From an uncultured Eubacteriaceae bacterium (lineage in GTDB: Bacteria > Bacillota > Clostridia > Peptostreptococcales > Anaerovoracaceae), in contig CAIFEY010000012.1 in NCBI GenBank assembly GCA_903789635.1, positions 138 to 64,137 on the forward strand: a stretch of 64,000 bases of DNA, given 5' to 3'. Every line of letters starts with the position of its first letter. Positions within the stretch are counted from its first letter, which is position 1. This document shows positions 59,877 to 64,000 of the stretch, piece after piece. The notes below the pieces were generated by a model, which saw nothing but the letters and a program-made list of their open reading frames with translations, was not told the DNA's origin and ran no database searches. Both the position numbers and the translations under genes were made by a program.

Positions 59877-62606
59877 CTATTTTCCGAGATGTTCAGCAAC
59901 CGTGTTCAGCTGCTCAGTCGTATTCTTCAGCATTTCCTTATACTCTTCCAGCTTGTCGCGCTCCTCCTGGACGACCTTTTCCGGCGCCTTGGAGACGAAT
60001 CCCTGGTTAGAGAGCTTCTTCTCCGCCCTCGTGACCTCGCCCTCGAGGCGCTTCTTCTCCTTGGTCAGGCGGTCGAACTCCTCGTTATAGTCGACGAGCT
60101 CGTCCATCGGGATGAAGACCTGTCCTGCGGCAGTCGTCTTAGACATCGCGTTCTTAGGCGCGTCCTGGTTTTCGCGGATGAAGGATACGCCGGTCAGGCT
60201 GCCGAGGTCGGCGATGTGCGCCTGTTCTCTCTGCAGTTCCTCCGCGCCCTTTCCGTCGGCCAGGATGACTGCGCTGACCTTCTTGGACGGCGCGACGTTC
60301 GCCTCGGAGCGGATGTTTCTGATCGCCGTGACGATGTCCATCATGCTCGCGATCGCGCTCTCCTCCTCAGGGAAGCTGCGCGCCTCGCTGTACTCCGGCC
60401 AGTGTGCGCAGATCAGGTAACCGTTCTTCAGGCCCTCGGACTCCTTCTCGGCATGCGGCAGTGCGTCCCAGATCTCCTCCGTGATGAACGGCATGAACGG
60501 GTGCAGCAGCTTCAGGATGTTCTTCAGTACCAGGACCAGAGCGAATCTCACGACCGCCTTGTCCTCCTCGTCGTCGCCCCAGAGGCGCTTCTTGACGAGC
60601 TCGATGTACCAGTCGCAGTACTCGTTCCAGATCAGGTCGTAGACCCTCTGGGAGGCCAGGCCGAGCTCAAACTTCTCGAACTGGTCGGTGACGTACTTGA
60701 CGGCGTCGTTCATCCTGGAGATCATCCACTTGTCCTCATCCTTCAGCGCGATGCCGGAGAAATCGTCCGCCATGTCGAATGCCAGGTTCTCGCCGTCCGC
60801 GATCGGAAGCGCGTTTCCGTCGTCGTCCTGCAGGTTCATGATCACGAACCTGGACGCGTTCCAGAGCTTGTTGGCAAAGTTTCTGGAGGCAATCAGCTTC
60901 TCCTCCTGGTAGCGCATGTCGTTTCCAGGCGTGATGGAGTTGCTGAGCATGAAGCGGATCGCGTCCGCTCCGTGCTGCTCGACGACCTCGAGCGGGTCGA
61001 TGCCGTTTCCGAGCGACTTGCTCATCTTGCGCCCCTGGGAGTCACGGACCAGGCCGTGCAGGTAGACGTAGTGGAACGGCGTCTCGCCCATCGCCTCGAT
61101 TCCGGAGAACATCATGCGGACAACCCAGAAGAAGATGATGTCATAGCCGGTGACCAGGACGTCGGTCGGGTAGAAGTACTCGAGGTCCCTCGTCTTCTCC
61201 GGCCAGCCGAGCGTGGAGAACGGCCAGAGCGCGGAGGAGAACCAGGTGTCGAGGACATCCTCGTCCTGCTTCAGGTTCTTGGAGCCGCACTTAGGACAGG
61301 TCGTCGGATCCTCCTCGGATACGATGATCTCGCCGCAGTCCTGGCAGTACCATGCCGGGATCTGGTGGCCCCACCACAGCTGACGGGAGATGCACCAGTC
61401 GTGAATGTCCTCCAGCCAGTGGTTGTATGTCTTGACGAATCTCGGCGGCACGAACTGGACGTCCCCGTCTGCGGCAGCCTTCAGCGCCGGCTTGGCGAGG
61501 TCCTCCATCTTGACGAACCACTGATCCGACAGCATCGGCTCGATGGCCGTGTGGCAGCGGTAGCAGGTTCCCGTCGGAATCGTCATCTTCTCTGTCTTAA
61601 CCAGGTAGCCTGCGGCATCCAGGTCCGCAACCCACTGTTTTCTGCACTCGTAACGGTCGAGTCCCGCGTACTTTCCGGCGAGCTCGTTCATCGTTCCGTC
61701 CTCGTTGATGCAGCTCAGCACCTCGAGGTCATGTCTCTGGCCGACCTCAAAGTCGTTCGGGTCGTGCGCCGGCGTGATCTTAACGGCACCGGTTCCCTTC
61801 TCCGGGTCCGGATACGGGTCGGCGATGACCGGGATCTCCCTGCCCACGATCGGCAGGATGACCGTCTCGCCTACCTGAGCGGCGTAGCGCTCGTCGTCCT
61901 CAGCAACCGCGATGGCGACGTCTCCGAACATCGTCTCCGGACGTGATGTGGCAACGATGATGTCTTTGCCGCCCTCCTTAGCTGCCGGATAGCGGAAGTA
62001 CCAGTAGAATCCTTCCTTATCCTCATGCTCGACCTCGGCGTCGGACAGCGACGTCTTGCAGCTCGGGCACCAGTTGATCAGGCGGTTTCCCCTGTAGATC
62101 AGACCCTTGTTGTAGAGTCTGACAAAGAATGAACGGACGGCCTTGCTGCAGCCCTCGTCGAGGGTGAAGCGCTCGCGGGACCAGTCACAGGAGTCACCCA
62201 GCTTTCTGCACTGGCGCGTGATTCTCCCGCCGAACTCCTCCTTCCACGCCCATGCGCGCTTCAGGAACTCCTCGCGGCCCAGGTCCTGCTTCTCCAGTCC
62301 CTCTTCCTCGCGGATCTTATTCGCAACCTTGACTTCCGTCGCGATGCTCGCGTGGTCCGAACCCGGCAGCCAGAGCGCATTGTATCCCCTCATCCTCTTA
62401 TAGCGGATCAGCGCGTCCTGCAGCGTCTGGTCCAGCGCGTGGCCCATGTGCAGCTTTCCGGTGATGTTCGGCGGCGGCATGATGATCGTAAACGGCGGCT
62501 TGTCATCGGTGTTCTCCGCGTGGAAAGAGCCGCTCTCCTCCCACATGGAATAGAGTCTGTCCTCGAATTCCTTCGGGTCGTATGTTTTCGGTAAATTCTT
62601 CTTCAT
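59877..62606 (-). CDS. valS: Valine--tRNA ligase
   Basis: 909 aa. HIGH is present as PNITGKLHMGHAL and KMSKS as RKMSKSLGN. A C-terminal coiled coil is present. Confidence 0.97.
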   Translation of the reverse strand: MKKNLPKTYDPKEFEDRLYSMWEESGSFHAENTDDKPPFTIIMPPPNITGKLHMGHALDQTLQDALIRYKRMRGYNALWLPGSDHASIATEVKVANKIREEEGLEKQDLGREEFLKRAWAWKEEFGGRITRQCRKLGDSCDWSRERFTLDEGCSKAVRSFFVRLYNKGLIYRGNRLINWCPSCKTSLSDAEVEHEDKEGFYWYFRYPAAKEGGKDIIVATSRPETMFGDVAIAVAEDDERYAAQVGETVILPIVGREIPVIADPYPDPEKGTGAVKITPAHDPNDFEVGQRHDLEVLSCINEDGTMNELAGKYAGLDRYECRKQWVADLDAAGYLVKTEKMTIPTGTCYRCHTAIEPMLSDQWFVKMEDLAKPALKAAADGDVQFVPPRFVKTYNHWLEDIHDWCISRQLWWGHQIPAWYCQDCGEIIVSEEDPTTCPKCGSKNLKQDEDVLDTWFSSALWPFSTLGWPEKTRDLEYFYPTDVLVTGYDIIFFWVVRMMFSGIEAMGETPFHYVYLHGLVRDSQGRKMSKSLGNGIDPLEVVEQHGADAIRFMLSNSITPGNDMRYQEEKLIASRNFANKLWNASRFVIMNLQDDDGNALPIADGENLAFDMADDFSGIALKDEDKWMISRMNDAVKYVTDQFEKFELGLASQRVYDLIWNEYCDWYIELVKKRLWGDDEEDKAVVRFALVLVLKNILKLLHPFMPFITEEIWDALPHAEKESEGLKNGYLICAHWPEYSEARSFPEEESAIASMMDIVTAIRNIRSEANVAPSKKVSAVILADGKGAEELQREQAHIADLGSLTGVSFIRENQDAPKNAMSKTTAAGQVFIPMDELVDYNEEFDRLTKEKKRLEGEVTRAEKKLSNQGFVSKAPEKVVQEERDKLEEYKEMLKNTTEQLNTVAEHLGK

Positions 62607-63174
62607 AACTTCCGTCCTTCAATCCTATAATCCAATTATTCTCTTTCGACAAAGTTCACCCGTCCAGGCAGCCGAACGTCCTGCCGCCTCCCGTGGCTCC
62701 CGTCAAATGTGAATCCCAACCATAATTGCGTGAATTCTAACCGTTATTTTAACATAACTTATCCGCGAATAAAAGTGACGCAGCCAATAAAACAGCCGCC
62801 TCCCGGCGAATTCCCCGCCCGCCGCCGCGGTGGCGGGAATCCCACTAATGGAGCCGGCGGGAATCCACGCAGGGCGGCGCGAGATTCCACGGACAGCGGC
62901 GGCAACGGCGGCGAAGTCCGCGCCTTTACCCCATCGCCAGCATCACAGCCGATAACCTGCATAGGAATTGGCGCGTATGCACCTGCGCCTCCCCGCTTCA
63001 TCAGCTCCGGCAGGCCGCCGTTCGCCGTTCCTGCGCGCGCTGTTTCCCGCCGCTGTCCGCCGCCGCGTTCGCCGTCCCTGCCGCCTCCGCACGCTGGTTT
63101 CGCGCTTCACCGAGTTAACGTGTTATTAATTAAATACAATTATATATATTCAACAATTATTTCAGTCTTGATTG

Positions 63175-63203
63175 TTGACAATTCACAAATATCGGAGTAT
63201 CAT
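63175..63203 (+). promoter_or_regulatory. Candidate SigA promoter for the downstream ATPase gene
   Basis: TTGACA (63175-63180), a 17-nt spacer, then TATCAT (63198-63203). Lies about 140 nt upstream of the ATG at 63344. Confidence 0.6.
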
Positions 63204-63343
63204 CATTATTGTCATCGGGGCAGTCCCACAATCGGACGCAGGTCGGTCAGGAAATCACCCGCATCGATCCGATCCGTTCTTACGACATTTCAATGACGAC
63301 AACTTCACATTTACAGGAAACAAGCAAGGATTGGTTTGAAAGA

Positions 63344-64000
63344 ATGCATCAGTTAGAAACATTACGTTTCCAGATCAATGCCCTCTCCGTTTTCAGAAGC
63401 ATATTGGATACTCCGACAGTATCTTCGCTTCAGAAACTTTTATATGCAGTTGAAAACGGCTCCCTGGACGAGCAGATCGCTCAGATAGGAGCCTTTTCAA
63501 GTGCATTATTTATTTCTGCGGACGGCGACCTGGGAAGATTCGTTCGGGATTACATCGAGAACGACCTGAACGTGTACACGAGAAAACGCACCACAGATTC
63601 CGAGATCCCGCAGGAGCTGCGCCGCGCTGCCGCGCGCGACCTGGGCATCCTGCAGAATCTCGCCGGGTTCACGCCGGAAGACGCCGCGGCGGCGCTGGCT
63701 TCTGCCCTGAAGGCGCGCGGCCTTGACCCGTCGCAGTCATCCTCATGGCTGCCGCGCTGGACCAACTCCCGCGTCGACCTCCTCTCCTCGTACCAAAAAT
63801 TCCTCGAGGAGATCCCGACCAAGGGCTACGGCAAGTTCCGAACTGCACGCTCCTTCACGGTAAGGGACGGCGAGATCGTTCCGGTCAGATTCGCCGACCC
63901 GCAGACGCTGGACGAGCTCTACGGCTACGAGCGCGAGCGGCACCTGGTCTACGAGAACACGCGCGCCCTGGCGGAGGGCCGCTCGGCGGCCAACGTGCTG
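63344..64000 (+). CDS. DUF815-type AAA-superfamily ATPase, 3'-truncated by the window end
   Basis: An open frame from the ATG at 63344 runs to the window edge, so it is missing from the ORF track. My translation ends ...LDELYGYERERHLVYENTRALAEGRSAANVL. In DUF815 proteins this segment directly precedes the Walker A motif. Confidence 0.7.
   Translation, partial: MHQLETLRFQINALSVFRSILDTPTVSSLQKLLYAVENGSLDEQIAQIGAFSSALFISADGDLGRFVRDYIENDLNVYTRKRTTDSEIPQELRRAAARDLGILQNLAGFTPEDAAAALASALKARGLDPSQSSSWLPRWTNSRVDLLSSYQKFLEEIPTKGYGKFRTARSFTVRDGEIVPVRFADPQTLDELYGYERERHLVYENTRALAEGRSAANVL

Noticed and set aside
59618-59899. N-terminal extensions of ORF-track entries (58862-59899, 4728-5348, 5640-6650, 14758-15855, 19357-21492, 24302-25339, 41706-42731, 44327-45787, 56847-58166)
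   Set aside because: In each case an internal ATG with a good Shine-Dalgarno sequence coincides with the start of family-conserved sequence. The upstream codons look non-coding, and for 58862-59899 they overlap the valS 3' end.
62607-63130. T-box leader upstream of valS
   Set aside because: No GGTGG(N)ACCGCG core on the minus strand. The nearest look-alike (ccgccaccgcgg) lacks the conserved UGG context, and no specifier or terminator architecture is evident.

Overview
High-GC (about 60% by eye), Clostridia-type chromosomal segment made up mostly of core housekeeping genes, the majority on the minus strand. They include gap-pgk-tpiA, trmL, hom, nth, clpB, type III glutamine synthetase, asnB, a ROK glucokinase, a six-tRNA operon and a butyryl-CoA:acetate CoA-transferase-like gene. 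A long block follows: murT-gatD, miaB, gpsA, plsY, der, ftsY, smc, rnc, plsX, glyA, a ThrE-like exporter pair and valS. I found no transposase, integrase, phage, CRISPR-Cas or recognisable defence genes. Three things look unusual. (1) About one fifth of the window is non-coding, with tracts up to 1.6 kb. These tracts hold several dispersed and tandem repeat families, and many repeat edges carry a 13-nt GTATAC-N-GTATRC motif. The most striking are two co-linear 548-bp AT-rich modules (26.4 kb and 36.5 kb) that look like a large structured RNA or a defined DNA element. (2) A divergently transcribed corrinoid methyl-transfer locus (29.8-36.1 kb) combines a CmuA-like methyltransferase-corrinoid fusion, a DUF2284 protein, a RACE-type reductive activator and a homocysteine-S-methyltransferase-domain protein. 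A DnaA-box cluster lies next to it. (3) The GatD partner of the MurT/GatD pair has lost the Cys and His expected for glutaminase activity. Supported regulatory elements are a perfect CIRCE operator upstream of clpB, an Asn-type T-box leader on asnB, and a consensus promoter with a GntR-type palindromic operator upstream of a GntR-sortase B pair. All functional calls rest on motif recognition in the supplied translations. No database search was run.
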